From positions 38,337 through 102,336 of IMG/VR virus record IMGVR_UViG_3300034105_004543: a DNA stretch of 64,000 nucleotides; one strand, given 5' to 3'. Both the position numbers and the translations under genes were made by a program. The notes beneath the pieces are model-generated. The model did not search any database, was not told where the DNA came from, and saw only the letters and a program-made list of their open reading frames with translations. The number at the start of each line of letters is the position of its first letter. Position 1 is the stretch's first letter. This document shows positions 9,693-18,870 of the stretch, one piece after another. The stretch comes from a virus.

Positions 9693-11099
9693 ATGTGTGG
9701 TATAATACTAACAACCGGAGCTGGTACGAATCCCGAAATATTAGATTCTATAAAGCATAGAGGTATAGAAAGTCACAAGGAATCTTTCGGTAACATTACA
9801 TTGTGTCACCATAGGCTTCCAATTCAAACTTTGGATGGTGATAACTGGGGACAACCGATTGAGGTCGCTAAGGACATCTATATGATGTTTAACGGGGAGA
9901 TATTCAATTATGATCAGAACCTATTTTCATCCGATACTGAATATCTATGTAATCTCTTTTCTAAACTAAACGGAGTTAATCTTGAATTCTTCTCCGCTAT
10001 ATACATACCTCACATATGCACATGGGACGGATTTTGGTCGATAGTTTTATATAGCACTGTAACTGGTCAGGTAATATCATTTACTGATCCACTCGGAAAG
10101 AAGTGTCTCTATAAGAATGAACTTGGTGAAATTTGTTCCGAAATTAAAGGTCTATACACCAATAATTCTAAAATAGATGAAAAGTTCATAAGCACAGTTA
10201 GAAAATTTGGATATAATACCGACAACAGAACAGCCTATACAAACATAAAGAGGCTTCTACCAAACACATTGTATTCTTGGAATATGGAATCACCTATGTT
10301 TGAACAGACCTATGCTGAGTATTATAGAATATGGGACACTCCAATTCCTGAGCTTAAAGATGCTGACTATGAAACACATAAAGATTGGTTATGGGACAAG
10401 ATGTTCGAGAGTGTTAATAATAGGCTTGTTTCTAGAAACTATCCTATATCAATATTGGTTTCAGGTGGACTTGATTCCGCGATAATTGCAGCGATTCTGA
10501 AAGAAACTGGTGCTGATGTTAAATGGTTTAGTATAGAGAATGGTGAAACCCCCTTTGTTAATGATTTAGAAGCTCATTTAGAGACTTCTACAAATTTTCT
10601 AGACTATGATATGGACTCGGAAAAAAATGCTCTTATATACGCCCAATGGAACGAATCACCCATAGATCTTGGTTCCGTAATTCCCCAATATCACCTGTTT
10701 GAATCCATTAGAAAAAATACTGATTATAGAATAGTTATAAGTGGCGATGGCTCTGATGAGCTATTTGGTGGTTACTCACGTATACACGAGTACGATTCAC
10801 AAAAATCTGATATATTCCAAGAGCTTAGCTTTTATCATCTGCCAAGACTTGATAAGATGTCAATGGCTCATACTCTAGAATTGAGATCACCATTCTTAAA
10901 TAACGACATCATCAGATTTGCAATGCACCTTCCATTAGAATGGAGAACTGATAAAAAAATACTAAAGGACGCATTTGGTCCGATGCTTCCTGATTCAGTC
11001 GTAAATAGAAAAAAAGAAGCTCTGAAAAATCCTGAAATAAAGGAGAATAAATTAGCATATAGACAAAAAGCTGTGGATTTGTTCCTATCCAAAGCCTAG
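9693..11099 (+). CDS. Asparagine synthetase B-like glutamine-dependent amidotransferase
   Basis: N-terminal MCGI (Ntn Cys), 'HRG', 'QP', 'FNGEIFN', 'DPLGKK', PP-loop 'SGGLDS', 'SGDGSDELFGGY', 'RLDKMSMAHTLELRSPFL', 'RKK'. Confidence 0.9.
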   Translation: MCGIILTTGAGTNPEILDSIKHRGIESHKESFGNITLCHHRLPIQTLDGDNWGQPIEVAKDIYMMFNGEIFNYDQNLFSSDTEYLCNLFSKLNGVNLEFFSAIYIPHICTWDGFWSIVLYSTVTGQVISFTDPLGKKCLYKNELGEICSEIKGLYTNNSKIDEKFISTVRKFGYNTDNRTAYTNIKRLLPNTLYSWNMESPMFEQTYAEYYRIWDTPIPELKDADYETHKDWLWDKMFESVNNRLVSRNYPISILVSGGLDSAIIAAILKETGADVKWFSIENGETPFVNDLEAHLETSTNFLDYDMDSEKNALIYAQWNESPIDLGSVIPQYHLFESIRKNTDYRIVISGDGSDELFGGYSRIHEYDSQKSDIFQELSFYHLPRLDKMSMAHTLELRSPFLNNDIIRFAMHLPLEWRTDKKILKDAFGPMLPDSVVNRKKEALKNPEIKENKLAYRQKAVDLFLSKA

Positions 11100-11123
11100 T
11101 CTTTATTAATCTGAATCTTCTTG

Positions 11124-11131
11124 GATATATA
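11124..11131 (+). promoter_or_regulatory. GATATATA putative late promoter element
   Basis: Octamer 19 nt upstream of ATG 11151. Confidence 0.6.
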
Positions 11132-11150
11132 CATAAATAAAAATCTAAGA

Positions 11151-11804
11151 ATGACAAGAATAGTTAAAAATTTCGATTCTTTCTCAAGAGAGGAGCAAAT
11201 CCATGAAGATTTTGATATTATGGGATTACTAGGTAAAACTGTAGGATATCTGGGCGATGGATTTATCGATACAATAAAACAAAAATTTACTGCTAGACTA
11301 TTAGAAAGATTAGGGATAAAGGAAGATTCATTAGCTTCTGAATTTGTTCAGCAGGTTGTTTCCAGCATAGATATGAAGGAATGGCCAGGGATACTTAGCG
11401 GTGATAATGATAATATGAAATTCTTCATACCTAAAATTGCAGAGGCTATACAATTCACATTAGAAAGGAAGGGATTCGAAGGGATAACAAGTACTTTAGG
11501 TTTAGAACCTAATGGTATGATAATGAGAACTATAGTAAATACTCTACAGGATAAAGGAACAGGTAAAGCTAAAATTGAAAAATTTCTTTTTGAATTACTG
11601 GGCGATGGTAATATTGCATCTGAAACAGTAGCATCCCTGGATGATAAGGATAAAGAAAAGTTTACAAGTGCACTCACAAAAGTAGCTAGTAAAAAAGTAA
11701 ACTATAAACCAGGAACAACCGATTCCAGTACTGATGGCGAATCATTTCTTGGAAATATAATGGGTGGTTTGCTTGGAGGTAACGGAGCAGCAGCAACAGT
11801 ATAA
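11151..11804 (+). CDS. Putative internal head protein (track TTG start 11121; ATG 11151 preferred)
   Basis: MTRIVKNFDSF...IHED N-terminus; Gly-rich hydrophobic C-terminus (FLGNIMGGLLGGNGAAATV). Confidence 0.55.
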   Translation: MTRIVKNFDSFSREEQIHEDFDIMGLLGKTVGYLGDGFIDTIKQKFTARLLERLGIKEDSLASEFVQQVVSSIDMKEWPGILSGDNDNMKFFIPKIAEAIQFTLERKGFEGITSTLGLEPNGMIMRTIVNTLQDKGTGKAKIEKFLFELLGDGNIASETVASLDDKDKEKFTSALTKVASKKVNYKPGTTDSSTDGESFLGNIMGGLLGGNGAAATV

Positions 11805-11819
11805 AAATAAAGACCAGTA

Positions 11820-12155
11820 ATGAATCAAAAAGATGTAAGCAAAAGGGATATATTAGATTTTGAAAAATTTCTAACAAAAGTACATGATGATAAGTATAAG
11901 CCATTTGCTCCGATAAATCAGGAGGATAGAAGTGATGCTAGTGGGTTATCAAAAATAAAAAGGGAGGCAAGATATGATTTCGTCGGTTATGCTGATGCAG
12001 TTTTTGCACATGATTCAAAAATAGATGTACCTGGATATAGAGTTGATGCTGGAGGAAAGTCAGGAATGGCTGATGCTGGTGCTTTTGGTACAGCTTTTAA
12101 TGCCAGTGAATCTGAAAACAATGACGTATTTATTAAGAGATTATCCGATTTTTAA
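11820..12155 (+). CDS. Hypothetical small virion-associated protein
   Basis: Same-strand gene in the operon; has 'ILDFEKF' near the N-terminus and 'IKRLSDF' at the C-terminus. Confidence 0.55.
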   Translation: MNQKDVSKRDILDFEKFLTKVHDDKYKPFAPINQEDRSDASGLSKIKREARYDFVGYADAVFAHDSKIDVPGYRVDAGGKSGMADAGAFGTAFNASESENNDVFIKRLSDF

Positions 12156-12169
12156 TTAATAATACACAC

Positions 12170-12208
12170 CATAATAAAAAAGGAGCATTATGCTCCTTTT
12201 TTATTATG
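12170..12208. terminator. Bidirectional intrinsic terminator between convergent genes
   Basis: Perfect 18-bp arms CATAATAAAAAAGGAGCA-tta-TGCTCCTTTTTTATTATG. Confidence 0.85.
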
Positions 12209-12929
12209 TAATAGTTTCTATGAATCTTTCTTTTGCCAATTTATATATATCCGAATTTTCATCGAAGTCCTCATATATTTCTATTACATATAATTCCGGT
12301 GATACGTTTTTTTCTATTGAGAATGCATCTAATATTTCATGGTATATGAACTCGTAATTCATAGAATACCTAGAATTTTTTAGTATTATTTTTTTCAGTA
12401 CACATATTTTTTTATTGCCATTCTCCGTTTTTAAAGTTACTCCTCCTTGCCAATAATATGGTATGATCTTATCATTCACCATATTTCTTATTATTAATAT
12501 ACCAGAATTAACTGGATCTTCCTTTTCTAGATTAAATTTTGATTGTACTTTGAATATTTTAATTTTCGATTCCTCGTTCTTTAACATATCTAGGAATATT
12601 TCTGAGTATTCATATAGTGTTTCTAGTGAGGATTCTATTATCATCAATATGGATTCTTTTTTCTCCCGATCAAGATTAGCAAAATTAAAATTTTTAAGGT
12701 AACTTTTTTCACTATCTGTCAACTGTGAAATTATAGTTTCCCCTATTTTATTATTCTTTTTAAATTCGTTTAAAGACTTGATTATTTTCGAAACAGCCCT
12801 TAATATTGGATAGCAATTTTTAGAATTTATATTTTTACTTATGGATTTCAAGTAATCCAATAGAACATATTCTTTATGCTCTGGGTCTATTGGTTCTTTA
12901 ATGAACCAGATGGTGCTTAGGTTTTTCAT
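12204..12929 (-). CDS. Hypothetical phage protein
   Basis: 241-aa ORF filling the gap and ending at the bidirectional terminator. AATATATA (motif variant) lies upstream on the minus strand at 12957-12964. Confidence 0.7.
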   Translation of the reverse strand: MKNLSTIWFIKEPIDPEHKEYVLLDYLKSISKNINSKNCYPILRAVSKIIKSLNEFKKNNKIGETIISQLTDSEKSYLKNFNFANLDREKKESILMIIESSLETLYEYSEIFLDMLKNEESKIKIFKVQSKFNLEKEDPVNSGILIIRNMVNDKIIPYYWQGGVTLKTENGNKKICVLKKIILKNSRYSMNYEFIYHEILDAFSIEKNVSPELYVIEIYEDFDENSDIYKLAKERFIETIT

Positions 12930-12987
12930 CTTTAACTTTTAGAAGTTTGATCTGTTTATATATTTACACCATAAATTTTTTAAAATT

Positions 12988-12995
12988 GATATATA
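12988..12995 (+). promoter_or_regulatory. GATATATA putative late promoter element
   Basis: Octamer 18 nt upstream of ATG 13014. Confidence 0.6.
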
Positions 12996-13013
12996 CTTTA
13001 AAAATTTATATCA

Positions 13014-13460
13014 ATGAAAAAAATAAACGAGGGAAGGATCTATGATTATTCAGCTTTTACTGATAGTAAGAAACCAACTAATACCAGTGATTACACATTT
13101 GGGATGGAATTGGGATATACCGATATCGACATATATAATAGACCGGAAGAATATGATAACATTTCTGATGCTAAGATTTTTATAGATTATTCAGTTAACC
13201 TTATAATAAAAAAATCCGGTATAGACAGCATAGATATGGTTGTTAATTCAATGGAGCTCGATTTTGAAATTGATGATTATCCCAACGATACTAGAGAATT
13301 CGATATTGATCTCATCCCAGGCAGAACAATAGATTATAATCAAATATCCATTGATAAAGGGGAAGTTCTTATACCATCCTATCCTAAAGAAGTAAAAATT
13401 GATATGGGAAAATCAACAGATGCTAAAAATTTTAAAATAAATGTGATTTTTGGATCATAA
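13014..13460 (+). CDS. Hypothetical protein (possible internal head protein)
   Basis: MKKINEGRIYDYSAF N-terminus; acidic. Confidence 0.6.
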   Translation: MKKINEGRIYDYSAFTDSKKPTNTSDYTFGMELGYTDIDIYNRPEEYDNISDAKIFIDYSVNLIIKKSGIDSIDMVVNSMELDFEIDDYPNDTREFDIDLIPGRTIDYNQISIDKGEVLIPSYPKEVKIDMGKSTDAKNFKINVIFGS

Positions 13461-13472
13461 TTAAAGAAATAT

Positions 13473-14435
13473 ATGAAGATTTTAAACTTTAAAAATTTTA
13501 TATTGAATGAAGCAACCTCCCAGATATATGATGAAATTAGCGGGGTTAATTCCATGTCTGATAATGGGTACGAATTAGAAGCTGAGAAATTTGATAATGA
13601 AAATCATACTGCACCATTTGGAAAGATTCTTCTAACCAAGAATTTAGCAAATAATATAAGATTGTCTTTTAATAATTATAAAGGTAAAAAAATTAGTGAT
13701 TTGTGGATACCTAAAGACCATTGCGATGTTAGTGATATTAATGACGATACCACTAAAATAACAATACCAGGAAATAGTGCATGGCTAGAAATTGATGATA
13801 ATAGATCCAAAGTAGAGGATTTTATAGAGGATCTTTATAATAGTAAGATGAGAGAAAAATTATATTCCGGTGATTTAGTTGACACCATAAGGGACGACAT
13901 ATATTTCATAATGAATATAATTGGGATACCGTGTGAGGTTATCGATGTTAAAAAATTAGACGGTGATAATGAATATGAGGTTATTCTCGATAATGGAATT
14001 TCAATAGATGTTAATAAAAAATCATCTGAACAGTTAATAGGAAGCTTTAAAATGTATAAAAATAATGGTGAATCATCACCATCGGTTGAAATAAAGAGCA
14101 AAAACGGGAAACATAACTTTTATTTTTATAATGAAGATCTACCAAATCTGGATGACGAATCGGATCTATCCGATGTAAAAAAGAATCATAGACTTTATTA
14201 CCTATTAAAAAAGTCATTAGGTGTGGACGATAATGATGATAGAGAAAATTTTTATAAATATTTTGAAGAAAAATTAGGTAATTTTAAAGACGAAAATGAC
14301 ACTAATCTAAGTCCAGAGATGAAAAAATCTAGGATTGATGATGGAAAAAAATTGAAGGATCTTAAAAATATAGCAAATACGTTTAAGAACGAGGACGAAA
14401 TAAGAAAAATATTTCCAAAAAACTTAGTAAATTAA
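13473..14435 (+). CDS. Hypothetical protein with capsid-targeting-like N-terminus
   Basis: MKILNFKNFILNEA N-terminus. Confidence 0.6.
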   Translation: MKILNFKNFILNEATSQIYDEISGVNSMSDNGYELEAEKFDNENHTAPFGKILLTKNLANNIRLSFNNYKGKKISDLWIPKDHCDVSDINDDTTKITIPGNSAWLEIDDNRSKVEDFIEDLYNSKMREKLYSGDLVDTIRDDIYFIMNIIGIPCEVIDVKKLDGDNEYEVILDNGISIDVNKKSSEQLIGSFKMYKNNGESSPSVEIKSKNGKHNFYFYNEDLPNLDDESDLSDVKKNHRLYYLLKKSLGVDDNDDRENFYKYFEEKLGNFKDENDTNLSPEMKKSRIDDGKKLKDLKNIANTFKNEDEIRKIFPKNLVN

Positions 14436-14446
14436 TACTAAAATAA

Positions 14447-14497
14447 CGAAACAAAACTCCATTATATAATCTACAATGTTTATGCAATGGAGTTTTT
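14447..14497 (+). promoter_or_regulatory. Putative CGAAA-N18-TCTACAAT promoter overlapping a terminator-like hairpin
   Basis: CGAAA at 14447-14451 and TCTACAAT at 14470-14477; inverted repeat AAAACTCCATT (14453-14463) / AATGGAGTTTT (14486-14496). Confidence 0.45.
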
Positions 14498-14539
14498 GTA
14501 TACAAAGGATCCTAAATTGAAAAAAGAAAAATAAATAAA

Positions 14540-15196
14540 ATGGTATTTAGTATTAAAAATCTTTTTTCGTCAAAAAATAAAAAACAGAAAAGAATGAATT
14601 TAGCTGAAATTAAAACTGTGGATGAAATAAGAGCCATATATGGTAATATGGAATTTCAATGGATTAAAGGTGATAATATGGGATCGATTGAATCTTATAA
14701 GAATGTTACCTCAATCGGTGAAGATTATTTTATTGAATTTACCAGTGGAAAAAGGATGAACATTAATCTGTTAGATGAGTTTTTAATGTATTATCCAGCT
14801 CCGCCTAAGCAAGATTTAGGTCTAAGAGCCGAATTTACTGAGGTTATGAGTAAGCCATCCAGTGTAACATCAATAGTATACAGTGATGCTTATCCTATAA
14901 ACCAATCTGAAGAATCACCGATATATAAGTTACTTAGAAAGCAGAAAAAAAATTCAGTAGAGGTTTCAATAAAGCTCAAATTGAATTTACCATCAAAGGA
15001 ACTTTATAGTGTTTTGTCTAGCTCTTTCGATGATGCAGAGAAGGATATAATAGATTTTGTTCTTTCCGGTGTTGATATAGAAGATATAAAAGCATCACTT
15101 GCTGATTCGATAAGACAATCATATTATGTTTCCGAAAAAAAAGAAACAACAAAATCGGGAAAAAATCAGTTGAATAAAAAAGAAGACGATGAATAA
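14540..15196 (+). CDS. Hypothetical protein
   Basis: 218-aa ORF with an A-rich leader, overlapping the next gene. Confidence 0.65.
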   Translation: MVFSIKNLFSSKNKKQKRMNLAEIKTVDEIRAIYGNMEFQWIKGDNMGSIESYKNVTSIGEDYFIEFTSGKRMNINLLDEFLMYYPAPPKQDLGLRAEFTEVMSKPSSVTSIVYSDAYPINQSEESPIYKLLRKQKKNSVEVSIKLKLNLPSKELYSVLSSSFDDAEKDIIDFVLSGVDIEDIKASLADSIRQSYYVSEKKETTKSGKNQLNKKEDDE

Positions 15197-15776
15197 AAAA
15201 GAAAAAATACTATTAGAAACACCAAAATTTAAGGTTGTTGAGAGGAATGAAAAACCTGGTGTAGTATCGAGCGTTGAAACGGTTATGATACTGCCGTTTA
15301 TAAGTGATGATCAGGGACTTCCGCTAATGATCGGTGTTCTCAAGGAAGAGAATCTTTTTAGGGAGGGCGGTAATTCTCAAAGCTTAATAACAGGAACCTG
15401 CGAGGATGAGGATCCAGATTATTTGGCAACAGCAAAAAGAGAATTATTAGAGGAATCTGGGTATGATGTTGCTGATAGTAATAAGTGGTATTTTTTAGGA
15501 ACAGTATCCGGAAATAAATTTGTCGACAAGGAATATCCTGCTTTTGCTGTTGATGTTACTGGAATAGAAAAGGGTAAAGCCAAGGGTGATGGATCTAAAC
15601 AAGAAAAGAATGCAGTCTTTCATTTTATACCAGCGAATGATGTTGTGAAAGCAAGGGATATATTTATACCTGGTCTTTTTCTAAAATTGTTTAAATTTGT
15701 AGTTGGTATGGATTTATATAACAGAGAAGATTCAGTTTTTGGTAAACCCAGTGGATTTAGTGAGGTTGAACTTTAG
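15189..15776 (+). CDS. Nudix hydrolase
   Basis: Nudix box variant 'GTCEDEDPDYLATAKRELLEESGY'. Confidence 0.85.
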   Translation: MNKKEKILLETPKFKVVERNEKPGVVSSVETVMILPFISDDQGLPLMIGVLKEENLFREGGNSQSLITGTCEDEDPDYLATAKRELLEESGYDVADSNKWYFLGTVSGNKFVDKEYPAFAVDVTGIEKGKAKGDGSKQEKNAVFHFIPANDVVKARDIFIPGLFLKLFKFVVGMDLYNREDSVFGKPSGFSEVEL

Positions 15777-15788
15777 CATTTAATTTTT

Positions 15789-16079
15789 ATGAGCAACAGA
15801 AAAGAAAGAAGACATATTTTAAGATCTATGGGACTTTTGAATGTATCTAAAAATGATCCATTTAATAATAAGCTTAAACTCGAGGAGGGTAAGAATAAAC
15901 ATAGAATACATTTACAGAGAATTAAAAACGAACAAATAAAGAAGGAAAATAGAGGAGATTCGAGTGATGATTTCTTTATATATAGACAGCAGGAATCCGA
16001 ATATTCTTCATTTCGATCCATGTTGATCGAAAGAGATTGGAATAACCTGGAATCAAATGATGATAATGCAGGAAATTAA
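15789..16079 (+). CDS. Hypothetical protein, basic N-terminus (MSNRKERR)
   Basis: Same-strand ORF in the operon, overlapping the next gene. Confidence 0.6.
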   Translation: MSNRKERRHILRSMGLLNVSKNDPFNNKLKLEEGKNKHRIHLQRIKNEQIKKENRGDSSDDFFIYRQQESEYSSFRSMLIERDWNNLESNDDNAGN

Positions 16080-16392
16080 AGTAAATTTTTATTTATCAAA
16101 ATATTCACCAAAGGAAGCCAAGAAAAGATCCACCATCGGATCTGATTTTTATGTTGTTGATATATCAAAAATTATAAGGGATCTTGGCTATGAACTTGAT
16201 AATCTTACCAGTGAATCAGAGTTCGTGATAAACTACACTATTCGAAAGAAAATACTACAAGGAATATATAGTACAAAGTGTGATGGTATACTTGTGTGCT
16301 ATAAGAATATAAATCAGGATTTTATAGAGAATCTTGAGAATCTACTAGACGAACACCCAGAAGAAATACAGTATACCATTCACGATCTTTAA
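16057..16392 (+). CDS. Hypothetical protein
   Basis: Same-strand ORF in the operon; the start could be any of three nearby ATGs (16057-16066). Confidence 0.6.
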   Translation: MMIMQEIKVNFYLSKYSPKEAKKRSTIGSDFYVVDISKIIRDLGYELDNLTSESEFVINYTIRKKILQGIYSTKCDGILVCYKNINQDFIENLENLLDEHPEEIQYTIHDL

Positions 16393-16408
16393 AAAAGATT
16401 AGTGATAT

Positions 16409-18259
16409 ATGAATCCAATATTTAACAGCGGAGCTAGCGCTCCTTCTCTAGAGGAATTAAGAGGTAAGGGTGTAGTAAATGACATTGTACAAAAATGGAG
16501 TAATTTAGGTTCCGGCAATATATTTAAGGGTCCTACCGCAAGGACCCTTTTCTACGAGGCGGGAAAGAGAAAACCCGGTAAATATGGACAATTTCTATTT
16601 TATTCGCTGGGAAATCACGAGAACAACTTTATTGATGCCTATTATAGATCTGAAAATAGACAATATAATAGATCAATATCTTCGAAAAAATCCAAAAATC
16701 CATCTGCTGGTTTTCTAGTAAGAGAAACCTCTGCTCTTGAAGCTGTGTCTGTCAATTGTAATAGTATATTTAGCGGATTCACAACAAATTTCGAAAAAAA
16801 CATAGTTGGTGGCATGGCAGCTCCGTATTACTGGAAGGATTTCCTTTTCTGTAAGTATTATGCAACAATACCGAATAACTATATGCTAACATTAAGAAGA
16901 TTCCCAACACCAGTTCTCGATAATCTTTCTGTTCCAGCCGCTCTTAAATCATCATCAGCTTATAATGCGGAGGGTGTAGGTAGACCTGTTGCGCAAGCTG
17001 TAACTTGGTTTGGTGGTAATACCGGTAATAAATTAAATGATATTATTCAATTTAGTACTGGTATAAAATGGAAATCAAAGGAACAGTCAGCTGAAGTTAT
17101 ACAGCAAGCTATGTCCCAGGGTTTTCTAGATGATACCAGTAGAATTTTTGGAGATATTTTTGGTGGTCTTGGTGATGGCGCTGAAATAAGAAATACTAAA
17201 GCACTTCTTAATGCAGCTGTCATAGCGTCTGATCCAAATAATACTAGTGTTGCTAATACTAAGTTTATGAAGTTTAGAGATTTGATGAAGAATGGTGAGA
17301 AAAATGCTGGTCTTCTTAGTGAATACATATGGACATCCGTAGATGTAGTAAACAAAACTAATATTAGGGATATTGGTCTACCGTTCACCTGGGGAGCTGG
17401 AGACGGTATAACGGTTACTTTTGAATATGATCTAACTTCAGTTGGAGAGGTAAACACAAAAGCTTCCATGCTGGATATAATAGGTAATCTATTAAGTATT
17501 GGAACAAATTACGGATCTTTTTTAACCCCCGATTTTAGATACAATTCTAATTTTCCAGCTTTTGGTTTTCCTGGTGGTAGCAGAGGACTTGAAATGTTCT
17601 ATAGAGACCCAATACAATTTGTTCTTGATTATGCAGAAGAGCTAGTAAATCCAGCATCCAGCGCCAAGACATCAGCTGATATTAATAAAGGTTCCTTTGG
17701 CGATAATAACGATATATCTAAATTAAAGAATGCTCTCGAAACTGTTACCAAAAACAACGGGAATCCTGCTGCCGCTATAGAGGCTATAAAAAAAGAATTT
17801 GGCGGAGCTGCTGGGAGATTATTACAAACTACATTTACGCCAGGATTTTTTGAACAATATCAATTTCCTGCCAGTTTGTTGACGGGAGCTCCTATTGGTG
17901 AATGGCATCTTGTTGTTGGTAATCCATGTAACCCTATAGCAATGATAGGTAATCTTATATGCGAAAAAGTGAAAATAGATTTTGGCGAAGCATTGGGACC
18001 CGATGATTTTCCAACCTCAGTTAAAGCAGTATTCAGCTTGAAACACGGTAGGGATAGGGAAAGAGGTGAGATAGAGAGTATATTTAATAGAGGTGACGGT
18101 AGATTATATCAATCATCTATGCCGACAACAGCCAATGCACAGTCTTACGATGCTATTTCAACGGTTGACGGAAGAACATTAAAAAATGCAGTGTCCGACA
18201 TTTTCGATCAGAGAGCATATGGTGGATTCTCTAGTGATCAAACATCTCCAGGTAGATAA
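16409..18259 (+). CDS. Putative baseplate/tail-tube initiator-type structural protein
   Basis: First gene of the baseplate cluster, upstream of the gp53-like gene. Its C-terminal 'GEWHLVVGNPCNPIAMIGNLIC...LGPDDFPT...V..SLKHGR' block fits a tube-fold baseplate protein. Assignment is mainly by synteny. Confidence 0.45.
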   Translation: MNPIFNSGASAPSLEELRGKGVVNDIVQKWSNLGSGNIFKGPTARTLFYEAGKRKPGKYGQFLFYSLGNHENNFIDAYYRSENRQYNRSISSKKSKNPSAGFLVRETSALEAVSVNCNSIFSGFTTNFEKNIVGGMAAPYYWKDFLFCKYYATIPNNYMLTLRRFPTPVLDNLSVPAALKSSSAYNAEGVGRPVAQAVTWFGGNTGNKLNDIIQFSTGIKWKSKEQSAEVIQQAMSQGFLDDTSRIFGDIFGGLGDGAEIRNTKALLNAAVIASDPNNTSVANTKFMKFRDLMKNGEKNAGLLSEYIWTSVDVVNKTNIRDIGLPFTWGAGDGITVTFEYDLTSVGEVNTKASMLDIIGNLLSIGTNYGSFLTPDFRYNSNFPAFGFPGGSRGLEMFYRDPIQFVLDYAEELVNPASSAKTSADINKGSFGDNNDISKLKNALETVTKNNGNPAAAIEAIKKEFGGAAGRLLQTTFTPGFFEQYQFPASLLTGAPIGEWHLVVGNPCNPIAMIGNLICEKVKIDFGEALGPDDFPTSVKAVFSLKHGRDRERGEIESIFNRGDGRLYQSSMPTTANAQSYDAISTVDGRTLKNAVSDIFDQRAYGGFSSDQTSPGR

Positions 18260-18274
18260 AAATAAAATATTTAT

Positions 18275-18868
18275 ATGTCAAGTTTTCTTATAGATACAAT
18301 AGCAAAAAATAAAAGCGTGTTCAATCCGAATCCAATGCAAGATGCAAATTCTTATGGAATATGGAACCTTACTGAGGCATCTGTTAATTATGCTGGTGGT
18401 ATGAGTCTGGATGATTTTTTTGTTGTTACTGAGTATTATCAGATGAGACCTGATCTTGTTGCTGCAATAAAATACGGTGATCATGGTAAAGTTGGATCGT
18501 TACTTAAATTTAATGGTATAAGTAATCCATTTGCCATCAGGGAGGGAAATGTTCTTCTTATACCGAATCCAAAATCCATCGATGATTCATTTAATACCAG
18601 AAAAATATTAAGCCAATCTCAAGCTCAAGCAGATAATAATACAAATACTAATCAGAATACAGTGTTTAAGAAAAATCAGGAAAGCAAGAAATTTAAGGTT
18701 AGCGATGCTAGAAGAAAATTTCTTGAACAGAAAGTTAAAAATCAACCAAATATTGTTTTACCTCCTAATGTATTGCAACCAGACGAGAAAACAATAATGA
18801 AGAAGGATGGATTCTTGGTATTTGCACCTAGTGCAGGCGGGGGAGGATTTAATAAACCTACCAATTAA
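18275..18868 (+). CDS. Baseplate wedge protein, T4 gp53-like (LysM-like)
   Basis: 'MRPDLVA...YGD....LLKFNGISNPF.I.EG.VLLIP' gp53/LysM signature. Confidence 0.75.
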   Translation: MSSFLIDTIAKNKSVFNPNPMQDANSYGIWNLTEASVNYAGGMSLDDFFVVTEYYQMRPDLVAAIKYGDHGKVGSLLKFNGISNPFAIREGNVLLIPNPKSIDDSFNTRKILSQSQAQADNNTNTNQNTVFKKNQESKKFKVSDARRKFLEQKVKNQPNIVLPPNVLQPDEKTIMKKDGFLVFAPSAGGGGFNKPTN

Positions 18869-18870
18869 TA

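Noticed and set aside
9693-11099. Gat-QueC (7-deazaguanine pathway) or lasso-peptide cyclase
   Set aside because: It has the AsnB-specific GDG.DELFGGY and E.R.PFL motifs and lacks the QueC zinc-binding Cys cluster. The Ntn Cys is intact and no lasso precursor or peptidase is adjacent.
15774-15791. TAG stop of the Nudix gene in frame with the next ORF (possible stop-codon recoding as in some large phages)
   Set aside because: Long genes are uninterrupted in code 11, and other TAG stops (11099, 39368, 40446) are followed shortly by further stops. The in-frame arrangement is plausibly chance.
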